A stretch of DNA of 64,000 nt from Vicugna vicugna (taxonomy: Eukaryota), in assembly GCA_013265495.1 (NCBI GenBank), contig MU059052.1, forward strand, positions 4,770,061-4,834,060, written 5' to 3'. The notes below the pieces were generated by a model. The model made no database searches. It was not told the DNA's origin and saw nothing but the letters and a program-made list of their open reading frames with translations. How positions within the stretch are numbered: the first letter of the stretch is position 1; each line of letters starts with the position of its first letter. A program made the translations under genes and the position numbers. This document shows, piece by piece, positions 62,421 to 64,000 of this stretch.

Positions 62421-64000
62421 CTTCTGTTCAGAGTAGTCCTCCGTAAACACCTGACTTTAGGGTCCATGTCTCTGTGTCTCAGTTCATCTGCAAACAGAGG
62501 CTCCTGCGGTCCCTGTCTTGAAGGGCTTTTGTGATAACAAATGAGATAACCAAGTATTTCTTGTGAGAACACTCTACAAATCAATTGGTAGGATAACAGA
62601 ACTGGTGAGGCAAATAAATGTGCATTCACACACTATCAGAGACCAACAAGGTACTCTGCTCTCAAGTTCTAACGATGTCTGACTGTCACAAGAATCCAAA
62701 GACAGCAAGGACCACTCCAGGCTGCACGGGATCCCTGAGGCAAGTTTTCTCTGGGGAGAAGGATTTGAGGCTAGCCCCAAGGGAGGTAAAAGATCCAGAG
62801 TAACAAACAGAAGAGAGGCAGCTGGGACAAAGGATGCCTACGAAGCCTGCCCAGTCTCTCTGAAACACCTTCATCTCCTAGTAAATCACTGAAAATCTGA
62901 ACATGGAAGTCAGAGTTTACTGAGAAATCTTCCAAACAGCACTGGGTTGGAAGCACACCTTAAACAGGCACCACCATTTCCCCAGCCAGAGGTTAGCAGC
63001 CACAGCAGGAAAGAAAACAGAATTATTCCTTTGGAAGGAAACAATAATAAATTTGTTAAACTTTAGCTTTCTATACACTTATCTTTCTAAATGACTTACT
63101 CGTGCTTGGCTCTGGCCTCTTTATTAAAGAACCTCTCACTGCATCCATCAGTATACATTTCACAACTGTTTCCTGAGAATGCAGGCTTAGCAAATATTTT
63201 CACAGGCTAACGTGGACTCTGGGTTCTGTGAAGCAGACCCAAGGCCCATCCTCAGGATCTCCACTGTGACCTGCACTTTCTCTGATATAGACATTTAACT
63301 AATATTTGCAGGGGGACAGAAAGAATCAACAACTAAAGTGAGTCACAGGATTTTAGTAATTTAAAAACAGCTGTGAAAGCAGACATGTACAGAAAAAGCC
63401 AACCAGTGGCTAATTTCCTATCGTTTCCTTTTCTGTTATGATGCCTACCTGGTGACAGCTAGCTAGTCTTCAAAAATACCCCATAAGCAAATACTTCTAG
63501 AACATTTGTGTTCTTACCACTTACCACATACTTACCACTACCTATGAAAGTCCAATATCTAAGAAAAGGTTGTGAAAACACTTCTGTGAACTAGTAAGCT
63601 AGCTGAACTTATTTAGAAAACTGAATAGGATATATGCCTGCTGCAGAATCCAAGTAAGACAGTTTATTCCACTTCATCACGTAACCTAGTAGCTAAGAGC
63701 ACAAAACAATCTGGCTAGGGACACAGTACCAGGAAGGAAAGCTAAAAACATCTTTCATGCCTGGCATGGAAAATCTAATGAAAGGTTACATTTCCTATAA
63801 ATTCTAATTAGAACAGAAAGGGAAATCAGAGGATTTTGCTTTGATCCTGAGATCTGTCTTTATCATAGTATCAACCTGTACAACACACAAGCAGCTTATT
63901 AATTCTGCATTCCAATTTCATGTAGCAAAGTCTTTTAGGGTAAAACAAAATGCAGTCCCTGCTGACTGTCTAGAGAGATTGGGCTAATTTATGTGATGTA

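Larger units (their letters stand above)
1..64000 (-). other. Probable intron of a large unidentified gene transcribed on the minus strand
   Basis: No recognisable exon. Long A-runs clearly outnumber long T-runs on + (by eye). About 13 L1 pieces are + versus 3-4 on -, matching the known antisense bias of intronic L1. Inference only. Confidence 0.5.

Noticed and set aside
1-64000. CRISPR array, operon-like or defence system, CpG-island promoter
   Set aside because: Mammalian repeat-rich DNA with no regularly spaced repeats, no dense ORFs and no CpG island.

Overview
AT-rich, repeat-dense mammalian DNA. The tRNA-Ala-like SINE (GGGGAGGGTATAGCTCAGTGGTAGAG...GGTTCAATCCCC...ATAAACCTAATTACCTCCCC) and the L1 3' ends look camelid (alpaca/camel-type); the species cannot be resolved. 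I found no recognisable protein-coding exon, RNA gene, CpG island or CRISPR array, and none of the supplied ORFs is a recognisable gene product apart from decayed L1 ORF2 text. A-runs exceed T-runs on the + strand and most L1 fragments point +, which best fits one long intron of an unidentified gene transcribed on the minus strand (inference). Much of the window is MIR, L2, old and young L1, MaLR/ERVL solo LTRs, hAT-Charlie and Tigger relics, and five lineage SINEs; several young insertions have exact target-site duplications (TSDs). Repeat subfamily names come from recalled consensus sequences and most boundaries are approximate. I see no evidence for a major new biological system. The best leads are modest: candidate recursive-splice or cryptic-exon signals (42909, 48296, 58535), two L1 3' insertions sharing one 5' start, inverted retroelement pairs that could form dsRNA, a palindromic double TEAD motif, and a masked N region inside an L1.
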